Source of the DNA: an uncultured Alphaproteobacteria bacterium
Lineage (GTDB): Bacteria > Pseudomonadota > Alphaproteobacteria > Rickettsiales > UBA1997
DNA length: 64,000 nucleotides
Assembly: GCA_949288805.1 (NCBI GenBank)
Contig: CASELL010000006.1
Location: 15,035 to 79,034 of the forward strand
Reading direction: 5' to 3'
Below the pieces are notes generated by a model that worked only from the letters and a program-made list of their open reading frames with translations, was not told where the DNA came from and did no database searches. Both the position numbers and the translations under genes were made by a program. How positions within the stretch are numbered: position 1 is the stretch's first letter; each line of letters starts with the position of its first letter. Shown here one piece after another: positions 20,907 to 32,671 of the stretch.

Positions 20907-23153
20907 TTATACTTTTTTTAATATTTCTCTTTTACCAGTTGAATTTGGTGGAGATACTATTCCTTCTCTCTCCATTCTTTCTACAAGATTTGCTGATTTA
21001 TTATAACCAATTCTTAATTGTCTTTGTATATAACTTATACTAACCTTTCCATCTCTCATCACAATATCAACAGCTTGTTTATATAATTCATCTTCGCTAT
21101 TGTTTTTAGTATTAATATTTATATTAAAGTTTCCACTATCTTCTTCGTCATCTGTATTTAATATAGTATTTACATATTCTGGTTTTATACCTTGTTTAAT
21201 TATATAATTTACGACATCTTCAACCTCTTTATCACTCACAAAAGGTCCATGTGCTCTACTAATTTTTCCGCCATTTGGCATAAATAACATATCTCCCATA
21301 CCAAGTAATTGCTCTGCGCCCTGCTCTCCTATAATTACTTTACTATCTATTTTTGAACTAACTAAAAAACTTATTCTACTTGGAAAGTTTGCTTTGATTA
21401 CACCAGTTACAACATCAACAGATGGTCTTTGTGTTGCCATTATTATATGAATTCCAGCAGCTCTTGCCATTTGTGCTATTCTTTGTATTAAAGCTTCTAT
21501 ATCTTTTCCAGCTGTTATCATTAAATCCGCCATTTCATCAACTATAACAACAATAAATGGCATTTTTTTACATTCTATTTCCTTATTTTCATAAACAGGC
21601 TCTCCATTTTCATCATAACTAACTAGATTTTTTGTTGTTAAAATATTGTTTTTTGCTTCTTTTATTTTTTCATTATAACCATAAATATTTCTTACTCCAA
21701 GACTAGACATTAATTTATATCTATTTTGCATTTCATCAACAACCCACTTTAACGATAATACGGCTTTTTTAGGGTCTGTAACAACAGGCATCAATAAATG
21801 TGGTATTCCTTCATAAGCTGATAACTCTAACATTTTAGGATCTATCATTATCATTTTACATTCATCAGGAGTAAATCTATATAATAATGATAAAACCATT
21901 GTGTTAATACAAACAGATTTTCCTGAACCTGTTGTTCCAGCTATTAATAAATGTGGAGCCTTAGCTAAATCCATTAACACACTTTCTCCTGCTATATTTG
22001 ATCCTAATATTATTGGTATATTATAATTACTATTTCTATATTCATTTGATATTAATATATCTTTTAAAAATATTGTATTTCTTGTTTTATTAGGTAATTC
22101 TATACCAACAACATTTCTTTCTGATATTACAGATATTCTAGTGGATTTTACTTTTAAATTTCTAGCTATATCATCAGCAAGATTTATTATTCTTGAAGAC
22201 TTTGTTCCTGCTGATGGTTCAAATTCATGTAATGTAATAACCGGTCCAGCTTTTACATTTATAATTTTTCCATTTATTTTAAAATCTTTTAAAACTTTCA
22301 ATAAATCATTTGCTTGTTGTTTTAATTCTTCTTTTGTTAATATTGTTATTTTATTTTCAGATGATGTTAATATATCTATTGATGGTAATATATAGTTGTT
22401 TTTATTTTGTATTTTATTATCAATTTTTTTCTTTTTTCTATCTTTTTTTTCTTTTTTAAGTTTTTTTTGTTCATTTTTTTCTTTTTTTTCTTTATATATC
22501 TTATCTTTTAGATTTTTTATATTTAAATACATTTTTTGTGGAACTATCTTTTTTAATATTTTAATTATAATTTTTATTATAAACAACACTAACAGTTTAA
22601 TTAATAGTTTTATACGTCTAAATATTTTTGTAGATATAATTTGAATTTTTCTATAACTACAATCTGTTAATATTATAAAAGATATTAACATTGATACAAT
22701 AAAAAATGGGATTAATATTGGTGTTGATATATTTGATGTTATATTTTTTATTGTATAACCAATAAAACCTCCATTATTATAAATAATATAGTCTTTATTA
22801 TTAAAAATTGTTGATACAAAAAAACAAGATGAGACTATAAATAGCATAAACATAGGTATTTTTATAAAGATATTATATCTTTTTAATTTTGATTTTAATT
22901 TATTAAAACCAATTTTTGCTATAATTCCAGCTATTAAAAAAGAAGAAAAACCAAACATTTGTATAAAAATATCAGATACATAAGAACCACATATTCCCAT
23001 AGAGTTTAAAACTGTTTCTGAATTTTTTACTGTATTAAAAGAAGGATCTAATTCATTATATGATATTAAAGCAAAAAACAAAAATAAAGAAAAACATATT
23101 ATAATAAAACCAATAAATATATTTAATAATATTTTTATTCCTTTTTTATACAC
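20907..23153 (-). CDS. ftsK: DNA translocase FtsK
   Basis: N-terminal TM domain, PHLLIAGTTGSGKS, IDPKMLEL, ATQRPSVDV, gamma domain IGYNKSA. Confidence 0.96.
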   Translation of the reverse strand: MYKKGIKILLNIFIGFIIICFSLFLFFALISYNELDPSFNTVKNSETVLNSMGICGSYVSDIFIQMFGFSSFLIAGIIAKIGFNKLKSKLKRYNIFIKIPMFMLFIVSSCFFVSTIFNNKDYIIYNNGGFIGYTIKNITSNISTPILIPFFIVSMLISFIILTDCSYRKIQIISTKIFRRIKLLIKLLVLFIIKIIIKILKKIVPQKMYLNIKNLKDKIYKEKKEKNEQKKLKKEKKDRKKKKIDNKIQNKNNYILPSIDILTSSENKITILTKEELKQQANDLLKVLKDFKINGKIINVKAGPVITLHEFEPSAGTKSSRIINLADDIARNLKVKSTRISVISERNVVGIELPNKTRNTIFLKDILISNEYRNSNYNIPIILGSNIAGESVLMDLAKAPHLLIAGTTGSGKSVCINTMVLSLLYRFTPDECKMIMIDPKMLELSAYEGIPHLLMPVVTDPKKAVLSLKWVVDEMQNRYKLMSSLGVRNIYGYNEKIKEAKNNILTTKNLVSYDENGEPVYENKEIECKKMPFIVVIVDEMADLMITAGKDIEALIQRIAQMARAAGIHIIMATQRPSVDVVTGVIKANFPSRISFLVSSKIDSKVIIGEQGAEQLLGMGDMLFMPNGGKISRAHGPFVSDKEVEDVVNYIIKQGIKPEYVNTILNTDDEEDSGNFNININTKNNSEDELYKQAVDIVMRDGKVSISYIQRQLRIGYNKSANLVERMEREGIVSPPNSTGKREILKKV

Positions 23154-23276
23154 TTCTATAAAATTATATTTAATTAAAATAAATATAGGATATTTTTTAT
23201 ATTTTTCAATAAAATAATTCTTGATATTTTTATTTTGTTATTTATAATGTATATATAATGTAAAAAATGTTTTATT

Positions 23277-24497
23277 ATGAAAAATAATATTGTTAATTTT
23301 AATTTAGACGAAGATATAATAAAACTAATTGATAATAAAAAATTTAATATTATTCCATTTAATAAAAAGACAGACAAAAAAATAGATTTGATATTATTTG
23401 ACTTAGATAAAAAGCTAAATTATAGATCTATATTTAAAGAATTTAGTGGTGTTTCTAGTATAGGATTAATATCTCCTACAAGAGTAAGAATTGCTACAAA
23501 ACTTTTAAAAGATGGATTAACGGATTATATTGTAAAAAGCGATAATAATGGTTCTTTATTATTACATATAGATTCTATATTAAATTCAAAAAACAAAGAC
23601 AGTGATATTTCATATATGGATATGTTTAATTCTAGTTCAAAACTAAAAAAAACATTAAGTAGTCTAGTAAAAATATCAAATGCAAATATACCAATATTAA
23701 TATGTGGTGAACAGGGTTGTGAACATGCTTCATATGCTAAGGGTATACATAATTTAAGTAATAGAAAAAACAAGGCTTTTTTGGATGTTTTTTGTCCTAC
23801 ATTAACTATAGATAATGTCGAAGATGTTATAATGAGTAAAATAGAAAAGATTGATGGTGGGACAATATTTTTTGAAAATATTGATTTATTGGATAAAAAA
23901 GTTCAAAATCTCTTTTCAAAATTTATAGATGGTATTGATAAAAAAGATATTAGAATAATATCTAGCACAACAAAAAATTTAAAAGAAGAAGTAAAAAATG
24001 GTAATTTTAAAGAAGACTTATATTTTTTATTTAGTGGAAGTTGTTTAACGATACCAGCATTAAGAGAAATTAGAAGTATTATACCAATTTTAGTAAAAAC
24101 ACTTTATAAATATTATGCTTCTGAGCAAAATAAAAAAATAAAAGGAATTACCAATAAAGCTTTAAAAATATTAGAAAATTACAATTGGCCTGGTAATATT
24201 AAAGAAATAAAAACAGTTATTCATAAGGCTGTTGTTTTAACAAACAAGGATGTTTTAGAAGAGAAAGACTTTTTTTATTTAAAAAATGCTAAAGAAGGTT
24301 ATAATGATGATGTAGAGGAAAATTTTATTGTTTCTTTAAGAGATTCTCTTGGCAATTTTAAAACTATGGATGTTTTAGAAAAGGAAATTATTGATAAGTA
24401 TTTAAAGCTAAACAATGGAAATATTACTGAAGTAGCAAAATTGTTAAATATTGGAAGAACTACGTTGTATAGAAAACTTGAGGATGAAACTAAATAA
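23277..24497 (+). CDS. Degenerate NtrC/TacA-like regulator (REC-AAA+-Fis HTH)
   Basis: DIRIIS, FKEDLYF, IPALRE, YNWPGNIKE, HTH IGRTTLYRKL; Walker A and GAFTGA are lost. Confidence 0.8.
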   Translation: MKNNIVNFNLDEDIIKLIDNKKFNIIPFNKKTDKKIDLILFDLDKKLNYRSIFKEFSGVSSIGLISPTRVRIATKLLKDGLTDYIVKSDNNGSLLLHIDSILNSKNKDSDISYMDMFNSSSKLKKTLSSLVKISNANIPILICGEQGCEHASYAKGIHNLSNRKNKAFLDVFCPTLTIDNVEDVIMSKIEKIDGGTIFFENIDLLDKKVQNLFSKFIDGIDKKDIRIISSTTKNLKEEVKNGNFKEDLYFLFSGSCLTIPALREIRSIIPILVKTLYKYYASEQNKKIKGITNKALKILENYNWPGNIKEIKTVIHKAVVLTNKDVLEEKDFFYLKNAKEGYNDDVEENFIVSLRDSLGNFKTMDVLEKEIIDKYLKLNNGNITEVAKLLNIGRTTLYRKLEDETK

Positions 24498-25830
24498 ATT
24501 TCTTGTTATTTTTTGTTTATTTTTTGCTACCAATTCATATTCTAAATTAAGGATTTTGGATTGGGAGCAGACTAGTATATTAAAGGATTATGGTCAAGAA
24601 ATAGAAGTAAAAGTAAAATTAAAAGCTGAAGATCTGCCAACAACATATTATTATAATAAATGGACGTTTTATTTTGGTGAAAAAGCTTTAATAAATGTAT
24701 TAGAAGCAAAAGCATTGCCACCAAGTAGATATAAGAGCTATTTTGGAGATAATAAATTAACCATAGAATTTGATAGATTAGCAAACAATAAAGAAATAAC
24801 TTTACAATTCAAATATCAACTATTAGACAAAAACAATGTAAAATATATTAAAAGAAATTGGGTACAAATACCAAAGTTTTGTGAGGGTGCAAATGGAGTT
24901 TTAAAAGTAAAGATAGATAATGGTATGGATCTTTATTCTGTTCATGATATATTTAATTATAATTATAATGATAATTTTTATATTTGGACAGGAACAATTC
25001 CAAAGAATGGTATAGCAGAATTGTTTGAAATGACATTGAAAGAAGGAAAATGGCTTGTTTCTACCATTATAGATATAAATAGTAAAGGAGAGTCTTTAAA
25101 TGGTTTGGAATTAGAAATACCAAACAATTTTATTGGTGGTAATAATACTATATTAAACTATAATGTTTCTACAACACAAGGGTCTAGTAATGATATTATA
25201 ACAGTAGGAAAAGACAAAATAATAGCTAGATTCACTAAATATAATAATACAAATGGTTTTGTTAGAATAGATGCTAAAATCAAAAATAACTATAATAATT
25301 TTTATTGGTTAAACAATTTTGATATAAACGATACATTGAAAATTAATAATGATTATATTTCCACTTATAATACTTTAATATTTAATATAAACAATGAAGA
25401 TAAAACTAATTTACCAATTCATATAAAAATTGCCAAATGGGTTCATAAAAACATAAAATATGATAAAAGCTTTGTTGGAAGAGACTTGTCTTCTAAGGAT
25501 ATATTACTTATCAAAAGAGGGGTTTGTGAACACTACGCTATTTTATACCAAGATCTGTTAAGAAGTATAGGTATTCCAGCTAAAACAGTTAGTGGTATTA
25601 GTTATGATTTTGATAAAAATAAATTTGAAAATCATGCTTGGGTAATGGTTAATTATAATAGTCAGTGGTTGCCGATAGATCCAACTTGGGGTATATATTC
25701 TGGCAAGTTGCCAATATCTCATATATTTTTATATAATAATATAAAAAATTCTGTAAAATATTCAACAAGTAAAAATATAGATGATATTACTATATCTATA
25801 AAAAATGAAGCTTTGTTTTTAGAGGAATAA
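24484..25830 (+). CDS. Exported transglutaminase-like (Cys-His-Asp) protein
   Basis: Signal peptide from ATG 24484; GVCEHYA, NHAWV, IDPTWG. Confidence 0.82.
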   Translation: MKLNKFLVIFCLFFATNSYSKLRILDWEQTSILKDYGQEIEVKVKLKAEDLPTTYYYNKWTFYFGEKALINVLEAKALPPSRYKSYFGDNKLTIEFDRLANNKEITLQFKYQLLDKNNVKYIKRNWVQIPKFCEGANGVLKVKIDNGMDLYSVHDIFNYNYNDNFYIWTGTIPKNGIAELFEMTLKEGKWLVSTIIDINSKGESLNGLELEIPNNFIGGNNTILNYNVSTTQGSSNDIITVGKDKIIARFTKYNNTNGFVRIDAKIKNNYNNFYWLNNFDINDTLKINNDYISTYNTLIFNINNEDKTNLPIHIKIAKWVHKNIKYDKSFVGRDLSSKDILLIKRGVCEHYAILYQDLLRSIGIPAKTVSGISYDFDKNKFENHAWVMVNYNSQWLPIDPTWGIYSGKLPISHIFLYNNIKNSVKYSTSKNIDDITISIKNEALFLEE

Positions 25831-25859
25831 AAATAGCCTAACTAAAATCAGGCTATTTT
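25830..25859. terminator. Bidirectional terminator
   Basis: AAAATAGCCT...AGGCTATTTT between convergent genes. Confidence 0.65.
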
Positions 25860-25894
25860 ATTATAAATAAATATATATTATTTTGATATATTAA

Positions 25895-26128
25895 TTATTT
25901 TGCACCGAAAGCATCACCATATTTTTTATTAAATTTTGATACTCTATCGTTGTTAGCATTTAAAAAAGTATTTTGATCTGTTTTCCAAGCTGGATGGTTT
26001 GTTGGATCAACATCTAATCTCATAGTATCACCTTCTTTTCCATGAGTAGATTTTACAACAAAACTAGTTCCGTCTGCTAATACAACATTTAAATTGTGCA
26101 TTTCTGGATGTATATCTTTTTTTGCCAT
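25895..26128 (-). CDS. rpmE: 50S ribosomal protein bL31 (Zn-free type)
   Basis: KKDIHP, LDVDPTNHPAW, RVSKFNKKYG. Confidence 0.95.
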   Translation of the reverse strand: MAKKDIHPEMHNLNVVLADGTSFVVKSTHGKEGDTMRLDVDPTNHPAWKTDQNTFLNANNDRVSKFNKKYGDAFGAK

Positions 26129-26264
26129 TTTCTTTTTTAAAACATTATCGTCTAAGGTATGATAAAATATTAAAATAAAAAGTCAACAAAAAACTTCTAA
26201 GCTATTTTAATATAATAAATAATTTTTCTTGATTTTTAAATAATTATTTTTATAATAGATTAAG

Positions 26265-26343
<79 letters not shown>

Positions 26344-26370
26344 TTCTATATAAACAATTTATAAACAGTT

Positions 26371-26550
26371 ATGAATAATTTTTTTGAAAAATTTTTAAAA
26401 ATATCTTCTATTGTTTTTATAATTATTTTAACAATTCTTATGTTTATCTATCCAGATGAGGATTTGTTATTAGCAATAACGGCGTTGTTTTTAATACAAG
26501 CTATTATCTATGCTACAGATAAATATTTTAATTATAAAATTAAAAAATAA
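26371..26550 (+). CDS. Small two-TM membrane protein (59 aa, not in the ORF track)
   Basis: MNNFFEKFLKISSIVFIIILTILMFIYPDEDLLLAITALFLIQAIIYATDKYFNYKIKK. Confidence 0.5.
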   Translation: MNNFFEKFLKISSIVFIIILTILMFIYPDEDLLLAITALFLIQAIIYATDKYFNYKIKK

Positions 26551-26623
26551 TTTATCTCTTAATTATATAAGTATCATAAGTGCTGAAATATTACAATTAC
26601 AGAGGTTTTTGTAAGGCGCTTTT

Positions 26624-27274
26624 TTATTCTTTATTCTTTAAAAAAGCTATTGATTTTTCGAGAATGATAGAAAATAGTTCTTCTATATCAAGATTAGAAA
26701 CGTCTATTTTGATACACCTATTTCTACTTCTTTCGTAAGCAAAGTTAAAACCTTTTCTAACTTTTTCATGAAATTCTATTTTCATATCTTCAAATCTATT
26801 AGTTTCTCCCCTAATATTTGCTCTTTTTAAACCTTCCATTACATCAAGATCTAGTATTATTGTTAAATCTGGTTCAAAATCATCAAGAATAATTTCTTTC
26901 ATATTGTCAATTTTCTTTACAGAATTATCATAACCAAAACCTTGATATGCTAATGTAGAATCAAAATATCTATCAGAAACAACTGTAACACCTTGCTTTA
27001 ATAGTGGTTTTATTTTTTTTTCAGTATGCACTCTCCTAGAAGCATTCATTAATAATAGTTCTGTTATTCCATCCCATTTATTAACAGAACCAGTTATTAA
27101 TAATTTTCTAATTTCTTCTGCTTCCTCACAACCACCAGGTTCTCTACTCCAAACTGCCTCTATACCACTTTTATTTAAATATTCAACAAGTTTTCTAGAT
27201 TGTGTAGTCTTACCAGCACCCTCTCCACCTTCGAAAGTTATAAATTTTCCTTTTAGATATTTTAAGTCTTCCAT
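26624..27274 (-). CDS. tmk: Thymidylate kinase
   Basis: FITFEGGEGAGKTTQ, REPGG, SDRYFDSTLAYQG. Confidence 0.96.
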   Translation of the reverse strand: MEDLKYLKGKFITFEGGEGAGKTTQSRKLVEYLNKSGIEAVWSREPGGCEEAEEIRKLLITGSVNKWDGITELLLMNASRRVHTEKKIKPLLKQGVTVVSDRYFDSTLAYQGFGYDNSVKKIDNMKEIILDDFEPDLTIILDLDVMEGLKRANIRGETNRFEDMKIEFHEKVRKGFNFAYERSRNRCIKIDVSNLDIEELFSIILEKSIAFLKNKE

Positions 27275-27282
27275 TTTATTTC

Positions 27283-28644
27283 CTAATTATTATTTTTTTT
27301 AAAATCATTAATTAAATCTTTATATTCACTACCATAAGAATAATAATAAATACTATTCATATCATCATTTATTATAGGGGTTAATAATATAGTTATTTCA
27401 TTTTCTTTTTCTTCTTTTTTTGTTTCTTTTATAACAGCATCAAAAGCTTCTTTTAATGTATTAAATTTATTTACATTTTTTTTATTATCTATATTTACTA
27501 AATTATGTAAATCAACTATAAATGCTTTATTGCTGTCTAATGTGTAATCTCTTAAAAATTCACTTTTGCTTTGTTTTCCATTTACCATAAATATAGAATA
27601 TAAATTACTATAAGTTTTATATGGAGCAAGTAGTAGATTTTTATTATTTGCTTCTATATTATTTATAAATCTTATATTTTCTTTTTGTGTTATTACTTCT
27701 AAATAATTTGAAATACCATTAAATCTAGTTATAGCATCTTGTATTATTTTAATATCAATATCCAATTCTTTTGCTATTGTAAAAGCACATAATATAGACA
27801 TCTTATTCACTTCTGTTAAAAGTTTTGTATTAATATCATATGAATCATTTTTATTGTTATGATAATCGTAAATAGTTTCATTTATATAAGACAAGCCATT
27901 GTCTAACATTTTATTTGTTGATAGCGGTATTATTTTATAGGAAACAGTTTCATCATTTATTAATTCATCATAAATATCACAAACACTAGGATTATCTATA
28001 TTTAATATAACTATTGACTCTTTGCTTTGTCTTAATATTATTTTCTTTTTTATATCTTCAATTTTATGATCATTCGTATTTAATATTGCTACTATATCAA
28101 AATTCATTTGTTTTAAATAATTCATTTTTGGTTGTCTTAATGATATAGAAAACACAGAATCCTTTTCTATATTTATATTTTTTGGTATATTATTTATATC
28201 TATTCTTTCTTCAAAAGAAGCACAATTAAATGAATTTATATTTGATGTATTTAAAATATCATTTAATAAAGAATTTGTTATATAATTATAACCACTACCT
28301 ATTATACCTATATATTTGTTGTTCGGAAATAAATTATATAGAAATTCAATATCTATAAAAACCTTTTCTTCAACCGTTGTTAATCTATTTAAAAATGTAT
28401 TAAAATCTTCGTTTGTTAATAATACGTCTTTTGGCACAATAAAAAAGTCATAATCATCAAAAGATATATTATCTATGTTATCAATAATATTATAAAATTC
28501 CTTAAATTTGTTTTTAATTTTTTCACTTATATCCCACATAGATATATTTATATTCTCTTTTTTTAAAAAATTACTTATAGCGATGCTCGTAGTAGTAATT
28601 CCAAGAATTAATATATTTTTATCTTTTAAATCTTCAATAAACAT
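27283..28644 (-). CDS. Highly degenerate MurD-like Mur-ligase-fold protein
   Basis: KNILILG N-terminal domain, DIEFLY, FNGISNYLE...FINNIEANN, ITILLTP; P-loop degenerate. Confidence 0.6.
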   Translation of the reverse strand: MFIEDLKDKNILILGITTTSIAISNFLKKENINISMWDISEKIKNKFKEFYNIIDNIDNISFDDYDFFIVPKDVLLTNEDFNTFLNRLTTVEEKVFIDIEFLYNLFPNNKYIGIIGSGYNYITNSLLNDILNTSNINSFNCASFEERIDINNIPKNINIEKDSVFSISLRQPKMNYLKQMNFDIVAILNTNDHKIEDIKKKIILRQSKESIVILNIDNPSVCDIYDELINDETVSYKIIPLSTNKMLDNGLSYINETIYDYHNNKNDSYDINTKLLTEVNKMSILCAFTIAKELDIDIKIIQDAITRFNGISNYLEVITQKENIRFINNIEANNKNLLLAPYKTYSNLYSIFMVNGKQSKSEFLRDYTLDSNKAFIVDLHNLVNIDNKKNVNKFNTLKEAFDAVIKETKKEEKENEITILLTPIINDDMNSIYYYSYGSEYKDLINDFKKNNN

Positions 28645-29444
28645 TATTTTATAAGGTTATTAATAAAACTGTCTAATTCTTTTTTTGAGTTAAACCTAAA
28701 TGAAATAGATTTGTTAGATATTTTACAATTAAAACCTTTTTGTTTTAAAGTATTTATTCTTTCATCTTCTTTCTTTGTTTGTTTTTTCTGAAAATTCCTT
28801 TCTTTTTTTATTAGTTTTTCAACATCTCTAACACTTAGTTTATTATCTACTATATGATCTATAATGTCTTCGATAAAATTACAGTTTATTAGAGCTCTAG
28901 CGTGTCCCATTTCTATATTACCATTAATTAAATGGCTTAAAACAACATCTGGCAAATTTAATAATCTTATAATATTTGTTATATGACTTCTACTTTTTCC
29001 AACTTTATCTGCTATATTTTGATGAGTATAATTGTAATTCTCCATTAGAGTTTTATAAGCGTATGCTTCCTCTACTGCATTTAAATTTTCTCTTTGTATA
29101 TTTTCTATTATACTTAGATTAAAGGATTCTTCATCATTAAAATCTTTAATTATAGCAGGTATAGTTTTTAAACCAGCAATTTTTGAAGCTCTATATCTTC
29201 TTTCTCCGGCTATTATTTGATATTTATTGTTATTTAATTTTCTAACCAATATTGGTTGTAGAACTCCATATTTTTTTATTGAATTGGCCAACTCATCTAA
29301 TTCTTCTTTTTTAAAATTTTTTCTTGGTTGGTCTTTATTTATTACTATGTCTTCAATATTAAGTTCATTTTTTACATTTTCTAATATTGAAAACTTTTTA
29401 TCTCCTAGAAGAGAAGATAATCCTTTACCTATTTTATCACTCAT
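28644..29444 (-). CDS. parB: Chromosome partitioning protein ParB
   Basis: GKGLSSLL, QPRK, LQPILVR, IIAGERRYRA, ENIQRE, HTH GKSRSHITN. Confidence 0.96.
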   Translation of the reverse strand: MSDKIGKGLSSLLGDKKFSILENVKNELNIEDIVINKDQPRKNFKKEELDELANSIKKYGVLQPILVRKLNNNKYQIIAGERRYRASKIAGLKTIPAIIKDFNDEESFNLSIIENIQRENLNAVEEAYAYKTLMENYNYTHQNIADKVGKSRSHITNIIRLLNLPDVVLSHLINGNIEMGHARALINCNFIEDIIDHIVDNKLSVRDVEKLIKKERNFQKKQTKKEDERINTLKQKGFNCKISNKSISFRFNSKKELDSFINNLIK

Positions 29445-30211
29445 AATTTTTTAATTATTTCTTTTGTTAAATTTATATAAGCAATAGAACCAGAACAATT
29501 TTGATCATAAATTATTGCTGGTACACCAAAAGATGTAGATTCAGTTAATTTTACATTTCTTGGTATAATTGTGTTAAAAACAAAATCACCAAGACAACTT
29601 CTAACATCGTTTTCAATTTGAGTTGTTATTTTATTTCTTTTATCGTACATTGTGAATAAAACACCAAGAATACTTAGTTTACTATTAAAATTTGTTTTTA
29701 TTCTGTCTAATGTTTCTAATAAATAACTTATTCCCTCCAAGGAAAAAAATTCGCATTGCATAGGGATCAAGACTTTATCTGATGCACTTAAAGCATTAAT
29801 TGTTAAAAAACCAAGAGATGGTGGACAGTCTATGATTATGTAATCATACTCTTCAGATATATTATCAAGTTTATTTTTTAAAAAAAATTCTCTATCTTTT
29901 TGTGTAAATATATCCGTTTCAAAAGCTGATAAATCTATATTTGATGGTATTATATCAAGATTATCTACTTTTGTTTTTATAATATAATCTTTTATGTTTT
30001 TGTTTTTTTCAATTAATAGATTATATATACTTTTTTCTTGATTTCTATATCCAAGCCCAGAACTTAAATTTGATTGTGGATCGAAATCTATTAGCAGTGT
30101 TTTCTTTTTTGTTACAGCTAAACAAGTTGCTACATTTAAAGAGGTTGTTGTTTTTCCAACTCCTCCTTTTTGGTTTACAACAGATATTATTATTTGTTTC
30201 ATGTGAAACAT
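29441..30211 (-). CDS. parA: Chromosome partitioning ATPase ParA/Soj
   Basis: NQKGGVGKTT, DFDPQSN, DCPPSLG; start at 30211 or 30202. Confidence 0.96.
   Translation of the reverse strand: MFHMKQIIISVVNQKGGVGKTTTSLNVATCLAVTKKKTLLIDFDPQSNLSSGLGYRNQEKSIYNLLIEKNKNIKDYIIKTKVDNLDIIPSNIDLSAFETDIFTQKDREFFLKNKLDNISEEYDYIIIDCPPSLGFLTINALSASDKVLIPMQCEFFSLEGISYLLETLDRIKTNFNSKLSILGVLFTMYDKRNKITTQIENDVRSCLGDFVFNTIIPRNVKLTESTSFGVPAIIYDQNCSGSIAYINLTKEIIKKL
30195..30210. promoter_or_regulatory. parS: parS site
   Basis: TGTTTCATGTGAAACA, matches the parS consensus. Confidence 0.9.
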
Positions 30212-30256
30212 TGATTGTTTTTTTATTATAATAAATATTATTTTTTTTATTTCAAG

Positions 30257-32413
<2,157 letters not shown>

Positions 32414-32451
32414 CTAAAAGAATAATATTTATATTTTTTTTAAAAACAATA

Positions 32452-32479
32452 TTGACAATTAAAAAATATATTTTATAAT
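32452..32479 (+). promoter_or_regulatory. sigma70 promoter for tRNA-Ala
   Basis: TTGACA-16 nt-TATAAT. Confidence 0.75.
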
Positions 32480-32488
32480 TTAGCATGT

Positions 32489-32565
32489 GGGGACATAGCT
32501 CAGTTGGCTAGAGCATCTGCTTTGCACGCAGAGGGTCGTGGGTTCGAATCCCATTGTCTCCACCA
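32489..32565 (+). tRNA. tRNA-Ala(TGC)
   Basis: GGGGACA acceptor with G3:U70, TCTGC-TTTGCAC-GCAGA, CCA. Confidence 0.96.
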
Positions 32566-32671
32566 TTCTTATATCTTTTTTATTATTTATGATTTTATAA
32601 TTTTACTGATAGTTTTTTAATTTATTATTAAAAACTATTTATCAAAATAGTTTTTAATATTTATTTTTTAA

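Noticed and set aside
32605-32660. Overlapping AT-rich inverted repeats between tRNA-Ala and trpB
   Set aside because: Adequately explained as a terminator region between convergent transcripts.
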